Assembly: GCF_025526975.1 (NCBI RefSeq)
Contig: NW_026515688.1
Span: forward strand, 310,001 to 374,000
Origin: Fimicolochytrium jonesii
Lineage: Eukaryota
DNA: 64,000 nucleotides
Direction of reading: 5' to 3'
Positions 27,160 through 38,534 of this stretch are shown here, in pieces. How positions within the stretch are numbered: position 1 is the first letter of the stretch; each line of letters opens with the position of its first letter. The notes below the pieces were generated by a model. The model worked only from the letters and a program-made list of their open reading frames with translations. It was not told where the DNA came from and did not search any database. The position numbers were made by a program, and so were the translations under genes.

Positions 27160-30100
27160 TTATGGAGACGGAGCCTCCGAGAATCTGCGGGTGCCTTTAG
27201 GGAGTATCGGAGCGGCGGTAGATGGTTTGGCCGTTGTACCCGTTATACCCTTTCCTCCAACTATCACTTTGTTCAGCATGTCCACCCATTTTGCGAATGC
27301 ACCATGATTTTCAAACTGGAACTCGAAGAAAAGATTGCCCAGGCCGGTAACCGTAAGGAGATACTCTCCGGTCTCGAGGTCCGCCGTGCTTGCAACAATC
27401 TGCACACCCTTCACAGGGTATATTGTTCCTTTTCCCTCCAATGCCTAGTTATACAAGATAGCGGGCAACGTCAACTGTACCATCCAGGCAGAGACAACAG
27501 CAGGAAGATGAATCATCTCGCGTGAAAGCGCTGTGTTTACGTACGTGGTTTTCCGACGTAGTGATGCTCAGCATTTGCAGCTTCTGGAAAACATTCAGGG
27601 TCGCACGCTTCCACGGAGCTGAGCGCAACGCCCACTTGTACTTCTGCGATCGCACGTACACGCCGCCGGACATCACGTCCTCTTTCGTATCTTGAACATC
27701 AAAGTTGTCCCCTGGGACGTTGGTGGGGTTTCTTTCTGATGTGCTCCCCATGGACTCGACGCGATCCGATCCCAAACTGGTGCCCTGACTCCCATCGGAT
27801 CCGGCTCGTCTTTGAATACTCTTCAGCTGTAATCGGGCGGGGATGAGCGGGGATGAGCCCAGTCATGAACACAATAAGTCATGAACACAATGGTGAACCG
27901 AGAAGGACGAAATCGATAACGTTACCTTTGGCCCGAAGAAAATTCCGAGCATGGCGGCATTTACGAAGATGATGACGATCGATCGGAACGCATATTGAGT
28001 TTTAACGTCCACACCGGAAATGTACATCACAGGAATCTACCAAGAGATTATTGAAAGTGGATTAGCCGCCATTATCAACACTTTCTATGATCACAAACTC
28101 ATCGAAGTTGGTGCCTCACCCCAAGCGTGGACAACAGGAAAATATTGTAGATGCAAATCGCAATGTAACGGCTTTCGTTGAACGCGCCGCGAACATGCCT
28201 AGTTAAGTACGCGACAGCCACTCCTGCGACAGCCAGCAAAGCATTGAACGAAATCATGACGCCTGTCATCGCTACGTGAACCGAGGCAGAGGTGCTCTTG
28301 CAGGTCCAGAAGCGGGAAGCGGTCAAATTTACTAGACTAGGCTTAGGCGCGTCGACTGCCGTCCAGATGAGAAGAAGCAGCTGTTATATCGTTGTTAGTT
28401 TGGACGTATCATGAGGAGTACCGCCGTTGGCGCCTACCAATTCCACACCGACAACGATTCCGACATGCAAGAGCAAAGAGGAGTCCTTGATCGAGCCCTT
28501 CATTCTCGCCAATCGATTGTTAAAAATCCTATGTTTGAACTGAGGTCAGCCAGGGTGACGGACTTACGACCTCCGCGACGGATGCATACCTGTAAACTCG
28601 CCACGTTTTGACAATCATGGGGACCATGACGATGGCATATGAGAGACAAAGCATCCAGGGCTGTAAGATGCATGTGACGCGCGTTGGGGGACCGGTGTAC
28701 ACGAAGATAGTACACAGCCCGAGGAGGTTGCCCAGGATCATCTATTTAATGTTCAATTTAGGGATGTTGCAGTTCGAAGACGACACTAAACTTGTTCCCA
28801 CCTACCAAGGAGCAGAACAGCGGGCTCGCAGCTTTGATGACTTTGTCGTGGCGGTTGTAAAACACCGCACCCAGCATGCCCAGGGCGACGAGTAAGACCA
28901 GGGCAGACAACGCGAGCATGGCGGCTCCAAGTGGGTCCGAGAAAGCGACGTACTGAGGGGCCCCGAGATCTGCAGAGAAATGCGGGATTAGCTCGGGAAT
29001 GCTGATTAGGACATTTCATTCACATTCAGGGTACTCACCAGGAACGGGCTCGACCCACGTCCCCATCGCCACCTCAGCATCGTATTTCACGTCAGAGAGC
29101 GCCTTGTCGAGGGAAGAGACGCCGCCGAGGTATTGGTTGATGTGCTGAAAGACGGCACGAGAAACGGCGAGGTAATTCGGCGCGCTCTGCGCCGAGGGAC
29201 GAGCGACGACTTCCAGAGACGCAAGGAGTGGACAGTCGATGTAAGTGCACAAGGTAGGATCTACAAAGAAGGAGATACGCTCGTCAGAAGGATGCTATGC
29301 AGCGAGACTCCAAGGCACTACCCACCATCAAGCAGACTGGGGTAACTCGGCAAAAGCGAGTAGTTCATGGCACGCTGCTTCTGGACCAACTTCCCGCTAA
29401 GGAACCTGACCGCCTCGACGGCAGCGGAGATGTTGCGGGAGTACTTGCTGACGGCCAGATGCCACCCGCCGAGTGCAGCACCGCTCAAGCTGGGGTTCTC
29501 CCCGGGGAGGCGAGTGACACCAAAAGCCGGAAAGTTGGGGGTGGATCGCGTTTCTGAGAGGACGTTTGGCCTGGAGATGTTCGATAGATACGTGAAAGAA
29601 CAGATGAGTCAGCTCACCAATCTGAGGAAGCGTTCATCACCATGCAAAAGCTGTCCTACCATGATCGCAAGAAGAGCGCATTGCCCGCCAGCCATCGTGC
29701 ATTCGACTCCGTCTCCGTATAGTAGATGTCGTCGAAAGGTGTGATCTTCTTGTCAAAGATCCAAGCCTTTACTCGCGACAGGATGGCCCGAGCATTGGGA
29801 TTGTCGAGATCGACGAGCTTCTCGGCGTTGACTATGTCACCGCCGCCAAAGCTGTGCAAAAGCTCCACCAAGTTACAGGTCAAGCCCTCGTATGCTGCGA
29901 TAGCCGACAGGTTAGAGCTTGTACCCTGGCAATCGCTCTCGTCCCCGATGAGCACACCTACCGTTGAACTGGCCAATATACCCTGCAAAGGACGGATTTG
30001 TTGCCTTCTCCCCGGGCACAATTTTCATCGCCATCTCCTCCATCTCGTCCCAAGTACTGGGCGGTCCGGTGAACCCGTATTTGGTGAGTAGGTCCTGGCG

Positions 30101-30786
30101 GTAATAGAAAACACCATAGTCTGCCCAGTAAGGCAAGGCTACCAATTTCCCATCGACCCAGTCGGCGGTGAGGATGCCAGGATTGTGTTGCTCGTATTCG
30201 GTCTTCGGGATGTATTGGCTAAGGTCCACAAAGTGCTCGGCTGGTGAAATGTGGGGGATGAGGGAGAGAAGAGTGAACAATGTTTGTGGCAAGTCGGTTG
30301 AATGAACAGCGTACCGAGGTCAGAGGGCCAAACACAATCGATCATGAATACGTCATGATCCGCCATGTGATGGGATAACTCAAAGTTCACCGCTGCCGAA
30401 TACTTGTCCGATAAAGGTGTTGGGGAGTAGTCGATCTGGATGTCCACTTCGGCAAACTGAGATATCAACGGGTTCATCACCTCCTCCTCCCGATGCGGAT
30501 CTGAATTATTTTGTATAGCGACTGCCCGCATCATCGAGACGCTCACGGTGTAGCGAGCACGAATGATGGTAACTGCACGAGGACATGCAAGGGAGATCAG
30601 TCCTCAGTTTCTCTCGAGATCATTACTTCATCAATATAGCAGATCATTTTTTCTCGCGATCAGTAGATTGATGTGATGCAAGCAAAATTCAACTGGGGAT
30701 GCGTATATACCTCCATGGCTAAGAAGCAGGGCGGCGGCAAGGAGGATAGGTTTCCAGCGGCAAAAGGACAACGGTGTAAACGCCAT
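27160..30786 (-). CDS. Class C (GABA-B-like, 7tm_3) GPCR with a bacterial-type sugar solute-binding ectodomain and a C-terminal PH-like domain
   Basis: Signal peptide MAFTPLSFCRWKPILLAAALLLSHG. SBP motifs DVFMIDCVWP, GKLVALPYWADYGVFYYRQDLL, PPSTWDEMEEMA, AYEGLTCN and GNALFLRSW. 7TM motifs VIKAASPLFC, CILQPW, VKTWRVYRIF, AYLTRHVRGAFNESRYIAICIYN and IFFGPK. The beta-rich tail ends in the helix AFAKWVDMLNKVI. Confidence 0.88.
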
Positions 30787-31472
30787 GGCGACCTTTCTCG
30801 GTAATGCGTAGATGACGGCTCTTTGATTGATGTAGCCTTGCAGCAAGACGGAGAGAAGATGGGCAGACACTCAGGCAGAAGATGTATGGACGAGATCTGC
30901 ATCCGGACGCCTTATATATGTCACGAGAGCTGCAAACGAGCGGTATTGAAAAGGGCCAGCGGTACTGGGACGCTTGCAGCGCTTGGATCGCTCAGACCGG
31001 ATCTAGACCGTACGGCTCTGGTGCACTCGGGACACATTCCTGTTATTCTCTGAGAACTGGTTCGCTTCTGGAAAAGGGCAGTGTCCACTGGGAAAGGTTA
31101 AGCGTAAACTAGATCCGAAGGCCAGGTCAATGTTTGCTGTGCAGAGAATGGCCTGCATATTAGAGCTTTGTTCCATTTCCTTGCGGACTTTCCCATGGAG
31201 CTGCTGACACCACGCGTCAACTCGCGTCGCGTTCCATTATCAAAGCTTTCGCAGACTTGAAAAAGTAGGCAAACGGAAGAAACAATTGGAACTGTACATA
31301 GTTTATTCAAAATCTATACATGGAGCTTATGGTACAAGGGGATGGGATGAAGGACAATATACATGGGTTTGTGTTGTGGGGGTGTTGAAAGTCATACATG
31401 TACAACATGGTATGAAGTCTCGTGTAAGAAATGTATGCACCAAAGAAGGGACTCTAGGTGAGGGGAGATTTC

Positions 31473-33261
31473 CTAGAAATGCTCCTTTCTAAACTCAAAG
31501 TTTACGCCGCCGCCACTTGCGCCCGCACAACTTTTCCTCAGCACTGACGCCAACGGGCTGGGTCCGCAGTAGAATACGCCAACGTCAACGGCCCCGCCGC
31601 CGAGTTTCGGGTCCACAACTTCGCGCTCTACAGCGGCGCGGACGTTTCCGAATGCTTTCGCCCAGTCGGGGCGTCCGAAGTGCGTCTTGTTTCTCAACTC
31701 GGTCAGAGCGTCGTAAGCTGAGTTGTCGTTCAATGCGAGGTTCTGAATGTCGTCGACCGAGAGGTTGCCAGTCAGATAGACATGGATCTCAAGGAAGGAT
31801 GACGGGATACTCTGTTCCAGTGTCGACAGGAGCGACTGGAACCAGGAGAATGACTCCTTGTCACGAGCCAACCAGAAGAAGTACACCTTGCGAAGTCCGA
31901 TGGGTGCTTTGCGGTAGTACCGGTACCACAGGGATTTCAACAAAGATGCTGCGGGAGTGACTCCGATACCGGCGGAAACGAGGACGGCCGAACGGTAGTT
32001 GTAGAAGTCTTCCGCAGGGGCGCCGAACGGCCCGTCGATTCGGATAGTCGGGAGCCTAATCTTGGGGTCCAAGGTGGATGCTGAGTCATCGCTGGTGGAG
32101 TATGCGCCTAGCAGCTTGGCGGCTTTCTTGGTCCAGTCACCGACAACACGAATGTGCACGGATACGAAGCCCTCCTCGGGAGTGGAGGAGATGGTGAAGG
32201 GGTGCCACTGGAAGTAAGCAATGTCGGGAATGTTGAGGAAGAGGTACTGTCCGGGCTTGTAGGCGAAGGAAGCTTTCTCGATCCTGAGCTCAATGGTGTT
32301 GCCAGGGTGCATAATGACCTTCGACAATTGAGTGGATTGGCGGGCACGGTACTCCCTCACGATCCTTTCGAGGATGTACAAGCAGAAGCAAGGAACGGTG
32401 TAGATGTTGGAACCGTAAGGCTTGCACTTTCCAGCGTTACTCTTAACGAAGCACCCGGCGTAGTGCAAGAAGAGGCACACGTAGAAGAGTACGAACAGGT
32501 GGTGGGCGTACCAGAAAAGTTCGAACTTCTTTTGGCGAACCTGCGTTTTCGCGGCACTATACATGATGAACATGAGGACAAGCATGATGTGGCCGGTGAC
32601 TCCCGCGTATGTGGTGTAGTGAATTTGCCAGGCGCTGGAGAGAGAAATGAGAAGAGTTAGATTCTGCGATTGCAACAGTGGAAGCTTTCTCATTGTAAAA
32701 CGACTATTAAAGCCTTACCGAACGGGCAGTTTGTCGAAAATTTTCGACTCAACAAAGAAGAAGTTCACATAGTGAGCATTCACGTGCACTAATGTGAAGA
32801 ATAGTAGCGAGTACGCCGCCATTTTGTGGAAGAAGATGTTTTGGTCGAAGGGTAGTATCCTGTTAACAATCCTCAGGTTTCGGGCAAAGCGAATCAAGTT
32901 CCGGCACATCGGAAGCGTGAGCAAGCAACAGTCCATCGCAAGCACAAGTCCAGCTCCTCGGGAAGTCGCGACGGAGTAACCGAGGGAGTTGAGAAGTTGG
33001 AGGTCGCCGTCCATGCGTTGTTTGAAGAATCCGAAGATAAATACTCCTGCGTGGACGCCGTACCAAAAAATGTAGAATGCCCACTTGCGTGCGGTCATGT
33101 CTAAAGAACAGGAAGGAAAATACGTGAGCTTTACCGAAGCACAGGTTTTGCTGCTAGAAGCGAACTTCTCTTGTTCCCACTGTTCCGCACTGCACACAAG
33201 CTGGTGGTGACGGCTACTTCAACTCACCTGCGAACAGACTCTCTGAAAAACTGCCGGACAT
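31473..33261 (-). CDS. noxA: NADPH oxidase, fungal NoxA/Nox1 type
   Basis: Motifs SRGAGLVLAMD, LPMCRNL, FFHKMAA...HVNAHYVNF, FELFWYAHHLF, QWHPFTISS, DGPFGAPAED, AGIGVTP, THFGRPDW, GVFYCGP and terminal FRKEHF*. No EF-hands. The 5' exons are less certain. Confidence 0.93.
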
Positions 33262-34377
33262 GGCGAAGGTTGACTGGGCGATCTCAGCTCTCCCTGGCGA
33301 CGATAGCGAAGAAGTCTTATGAAATTGCGTTGCTGCTGCTGTGCTCGATGGTGAAGGATGACGAGGCCTGGAAAGATGCAAGTTCCGAGAGGATGTCTGT
33401 CTTTTTGCCAAGAGAGGGACGACCGCTGCTGGAGGTTTAAGTGGCGGGGCCGGGAAAGAAGGCAAGAGAGAACAAGGAAGCCAGCCAGCCACTGGATACG
33501 TAAAATAGAGAATTCCGTTACACGTTTTACTGTATTTACGGTGGCCGCCGATGATAGCCGCCCCTATATGTCTTCTACCCGCAGCGCACATCGTCGCACT
33601 TGAAGCACAGTCTCTCACCCCCCTCTTTTACCCACCCACCCCCTCTTTTAATCTGCATCTTTCCCCGTTTCATCGCGCAACTCCAATGACCGCAAAAAGT
33701 TCATGAGCAATTATACCACCCTATACTCCTGAAACAGGCCAATCTCAAGTTTACCCCGTCCACCCCTTGTTTCGGGATACCGCGTCGATTAATCGACAAC
33801 CGCGTTTGCAAACTTCGACAGCGTGTTCTGAGGACTTACGTAATGGCATTTGCAGCTCAAGAATGAGAACGACCTGGATAATTAGAGGATAGCATTTGCC
33901 AAATTTTTTGGGAAACAGACGGATGATGTGAGCTGGACCCTTATGAACGGGCGGAATTGGGAGAATCAGCGATGCACTAGCCGTTGCACATAGGTCGAAG
34001 CACTGGATTATCAAAGCGTCTAACAAAAGTCAGGCGCGCGAACCTGTTGGGCTGAGTGCAATCGAACTATCGTTCAGCTCACTGTGTCCACATGGGTTCC
34101 CAACGCTGCGTATGAGAGCGACTTGTGTAGAAGTCAAATCCTCGAGGAAGCTCTATTAAAACAGTCCAGCCTCTCACCAAAGTCTGAGCGCCACGCTATC
34201 GCTTCCCACATAGCAATCGTCGTTTGGAAACCAATTGGATAATTTGCATTGCAGGTATGGGCCTTTTTGAGGAGTTTGGATGAACTGAAAGATTGATTTC
34301 AATGTGCCAATTTCATATTCTGTCCATCAAACTGCCCTCTCCGATTCAGTTTAGACCTTCAGACTCGAGATACAAAC

Positions 34378-35051
34378 ATGCATTACAGCGCTGTGCTCAC
34401 CATCCTAGCCGTACTTTCCTGTCTCCTATATCGCGTTGAAGCATGCGGCTGTTACGGCCCGCAATCATGCACGCTCAAAAACGATCGATGCAACGGGCAG
34501 CCGGCTTCCAGCATCATCGCGACGCTCACTGCACTGGAGACGAGCGCGGCATCGTTGGATCCTCGAGCCGATGCGGCTGGGAAGGATGATCAATGTGTTT
34601 GCGACTGCTGTGCGGTGTGCAATACCGTAAGTCATGGAGAATCTTGGGGATGGTTTGCATCTTATAAAGCAGTGCGCATCACTAGAGCTGAAAGCATCCG
34701 TACTCTCTACGTATACAGTGCTCAGCATTGTTTTCCGGATGCGGCGCTGACAACATCGAGACGGACATTCGCTTCCGACCTTCACTAAAGCCTCTGCAGC
34801 TGAATAAACCGATAAAACCACTGACAATCACCAGAAAAGGAAACACGACAGAGAATCTCGGGCTGTGGGGCGAGCTTTGTGTTGACGGGAATTTGCCAAA
34901 AGGGCTTGAATTCGCATACAATGCGGAAGATCAGACGTTCGTGTTGCAAGGCACGCCTGTGGAGAAGGCCCGAAAGGAGCCGGTGGTTGTTATTGCAAAA
35001 GCAGGGGGTGGGGTGTTGCAGAAACTGAAGTTCAAAGTCACAGTGAAGTGA
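34378..35051 (+). CDS. Small secreted Cys-rich protein with C-terminal putative Ig (He_PIG-like) domain
   Basis: Signal peptide MHYSAVLTILAVLSCLLYRVEA and a Cys-rich region (CGC...CVCDCCAVC). Intron 34627-34718 (GTAAGT...CAG) joins in frame to exon 2, which carries GNLPKGLEF...LQGTP, typical of He_PIG repeats. Confidence 0.7.
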
Positions 35052-36008
35052 TTTACGTATGCTCGCATCTCTTTTCATGTGCTTCAAAGTATATCAAGTC
35101 CGTGTTGTTAAATCTACTGTACGTACCATGTCGTCCAATACACGTTCCCGTATGAACTTCGATTTGCATCACGGCAATCATGAGCTCCGACGGACACCAG
35201 AAATGCCCCCACGACAGCTCCCTCTTGAAAGCGAAAATCATAGAAGCAAAAGCAGCAAAGCCCCTGCAGTGATGCGAGTTGCTAGGATGCACATCATATC
35301 ACATATCGCATTTCAGAGGTTTCCCAAAGGAATATTCTGAACGACAGGGCTATGACGCTCGCACTTGTGGGATGCTTGAATATGTGAGAGAAAGGACTCG
35401 ATATGCTAACAGCCGTAAGTATCTGTTGGGCCGGTTTGACCCCATGAGTAGTGCTGCCGGAGGAAAGTCAAAGAAGCACACATGAAGCAACCTCTCCTTA
35501 GCTGGGTCAAGGTATAAGCACAATTGGCGTTGGTGAAAAGGAGGGTAGCACAGCACTTGCGTGCATTAAACTGAAGTTTGAGCCTGATCACTGTGCGTTC
35601 CCGTCCGCACCTTGCCAGCGAGTGTTCGAACCCAATGCGAAAGGGAGTCAGTTGGGATGGCCGTGCAGAAGGGAAAATCCTCGAGTTCAAAGGTCCCGTT
35701 GGTGACAACTGTTGAGAAGGTTGGCCAGGTTGGGCGTCAGCAACGCCCATGTCGACGACTTGCAATGCGTTTGAAGCTCAGCTTAGACCTGGAATATATG
35801 CACCGCAACACACTAACCCTCGAACACACAACTCACTGCTACTATCTGTGTAGTGCGACTGTCGCGTGATTTTGTGTTGGTTCCTCTTTGTAAGCGGAAA
35901 ACGAATTTGGGTGGAGGACACCACTGCCAGGTCCTGACACATGTGGTTCCACAAATACTGAACAACGATCCTCTCCGACAGCACAGCCTTCGACTCTTTA
36001 CTCTCAAA

Positions 36009-38123
36009 ATGACCGACGCCCCCCAGTCAACGTCGCCGACAGCGCCGGAGTTTGCAGTGACGGCAGAACGTCTGACGAGTCTAAAGTCGCGCCTACAGGC
36101 GATCTCCATCAGACATTCCCAGCGCCGGTCCTCCACGGACTCTGTCGGAAATGTTAGCCAAATCTCAGCCACGCCCTCCATGTCGAGTGTGGGAGATCCT
36201 CCATCGCAAAGATATTCCATGGCCAGCATGGAAAGCATGCTGAACAGTGTGTCGGCTTCAACGGACGACCTGGAGAAGCTACCTGTACCTGAGGAGCCCA
36301 GAACTCTGTGTCATTGCGGCTTCTCTATAAACGAGAACGACCCCACTTCCTGCGGAATTTGCGGAGGGTTTTTGGAGCCGCTGGAGAAGCTGACGAGCGA
36401 GAAAGCCCGGCTGTCCGCGGAACTGCTGGATCTGAAGCGGAAAGTCCGGTTGATGGAGCAACGGCAGGATGCGTCCACGCATGAGATGGCGATATTGCGG
36501 GATCGGTGCACCGAACTCGAAGAAATCACTGCGGCGAAGGAGGCCGAGCTCAGTTCTGTCAGGGCAGATTTGGATCGGTTAGGACAGAGACTTGTGGATG
36601 AGGTGGAAGTCAGAGCAGAACTGCAATATTCGAAAGATGCGATGAAAGATGCGATGCAGGAGGAGTTGGAAGAACTTACTCGATCTTTGTTCGAGGAAGC
36701 GAATTCACTGGTCGCTACTGAAGCAAGGCATCGTTATGAGCATCAGCAAAAGGAGGCCGGTTTGCGGATGCAAATGGAGGAGATGACATTGCAATTGCAG
36801 ATGGAAAGGGATCAACTGAAGGAGCTTCGCGCCCGAATGGAGACAATTGAGGCTGAGCGATCACTTCGAGGGTCGGCCAATGACGTAGGAGGTTCCCTTC
36901 CGCGTTTGAACATTCACGGCTCCGATGACTCGATGAACACCAATTCCTCTTCCTCTCCGGCTCCCACATACGAAGACGCGATTGATCCCGTTCTATTCGC
37001 CGAGTTTGACGAGTTTGTGACCGCAAAGTCCGATATCAAGCTCGGCAAAATGCATACCCTACCTTTCATGAAGAATGCGTTGGAAGATGATGTCTCGCCC
37101 TGCTTGCGATTTGGCGGTAATCCGCGAACTTCAACGAGACGGCTCATCGACGCTATCATTGCGAATACATGTTTCGTCGAAGAGATTAGTCCGGCGCAGC
37201 AAGCAAATATGGAGGCGGCGCGGCAAGGGAGGCCAACAGAAGCAAGCCGTACAGCTTCACCGCGTGCCTCGATATCCCCATCTCGCACCGCGAGCACTAA
37301 CGCGCAGCATAACCGGAGTGGAGGAGTGCTCACCGAATACGAAAGCGTCACGCCCACAGCGAAAACCGCACAACCTTCAAATAACGTCTTCAACCGGTCC
37401 GTGATGGAGCGATTGAGCAACGCTTTCGGTGGAGGCTCCATGACCCTCAGTTCGTCTCACCAATCCCTATCCTCCTTGGCAAACTCCTGCTCCGCCTGTG
37501 GGAGGTCACCAACCGCTGCATCCTCGTCTACATCCACCTCAACACCAAGCCGCGGCGGGCAGTCAACATCTACCCGCTTCCAATTCAAAACGTCAGACTC
37601 CCCGGAGGAGGGCTGGAACCCGATATGTCAGCAGTGCCGAGACCGACTCGTCGCCGTGTGCGAGTTTTACAACTTTGCCAGGCACGTTAGACAAGGGCTG
37701 TACTCCACACGGCGCCGGGAAGACCTGTACATGGAGGTCCTTAGCTACAAACGACGGATGTTTTACGCCCGGATTGGGTGCGCCAGGTTCGCCGAAACCG
37801 ACCGGACGTTTAGTTCGCGCCGACCGCGGCCCAACAGTTCAGTCATCTCTCCCATCACCGGCTCAATCGCGATGCTTGAGGAGCCACCAGCGCTTCCACC
37901 GTCTGCATCAATATCACCGCCGGCTACTCCGCTGAAGGCGTCAAACACATCCTTGCACGATGGAGCCGGTTTAGTGCTGCCATCACCTGTGGCTAATCAC
38001 CCAGTCGCTTGTGAAGACTCGGATGACAAAACGCCCACCGTCTCTGTCGCAGGACAACATCCGAATTCCTCGCTCCAAGATACGGACCAAGCTAATGCAT
38101 CTGAAGCTCCGTCTGATGCATGA
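36009..38123 (+). CDS. SEC2: Sec2/Rabin8-like Rab guanine nucleotide exchange factor
   Basis: Coiled coil containing ELEELTRSLFEEANSLVATEAR (Sec2p signature), plus LEDDVSPCLRF and ICQQCRDRLVAVCEFYNF...RRMFYARIG. Single exon. Confidence 0.88.
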   Translation: MTDAPQSTSPTAPEFAVTAERLTSLKSRLQAISIRHSQRRSSTDSVGNVSQISATPSMSSVGDPPSQRYSMASMESMLNSVSASTDDLEKLPVPEEPRTLCHCGFSINENDPTSCGICGGFLEPLEKLTSEKARLSAELLDLKRKVRLMEQRQDASTHEMAILRDRCTELEEITAAKEAELSSVRADLDRLGQRLVDEVEVRAELQYSKDAMKDAMQEELEELTRSLFEEANSLVATEARHRYEHQQKEAGLRMQMEEMTLQLQMERDQLKELRARMETIEAERSLRGSANDVGGSLPRLNIHGSDDSMNTNSSSSPAPTYEDAIDPVLFAEFDEFVTAKSDIKLGKMHTLPFMKNALEDDVSPCLRFGGNPRTSTRRLIDAIIANTCFVEEISPAQQANMEAARQGRPTEASRTASPRASISPSRTASTNAQHNRSGGVLTEYESVTPTAKTAQPSNNVFNRSVMERLSNAFGGGSMTLSSSHQSLSSLANSCSACGRSPTAASSSTSTSTPSRGGQSTSTRFQFKTSDSPEEGWNPICQQCRDRLVAVCEFYNFARHVRQGLYSTRRREDLYMEVLSYKRRMFYARIGCARFAETDRTFSSRRPRPNSSVISPITGSIAMLEEPPALPPSASISPPATPLKASNTSLHDGAGLVLPSPVANHPVACEDSDDKTPTVSVAGQHPNSSLQDTDQANASEAPSDA

Positions 38124-38534
38124 CGGCCCGACAATCTGATACCCCCTTACCCCATCTCCTCATTCTTGTATAGAAGTTCACGTAACGAAGGGAATATTCC
38201 AATACGTACGCAACACATATTCGCTCGTATTCTCAACCTTGCGTTATCCCTAAGATTTCGAACCTGCATGTAATTGGGATTATCTTCTGTTTCATCTACC
38301 CTATATAATATGTAGTTTGCGGGAGCCATTTCTCAGTGCCGGGCCTGGTTTTGAGCGGATGGTCGTAGAATGGACTGGTTTTGAGCTTAAGCTGCTGAAC
38401 GCTCCGCGGCTGAGAATCGTTTGAGGAGGGGTGTGTCAGACGCCAGAGCCCCAGGAAAGGATGTCTCAGCACGTGCGTCCCTGAGAATACAACGGATACG
38501 TCATCGAACGAGGGAGGTTTGAGCATCCACCTCG

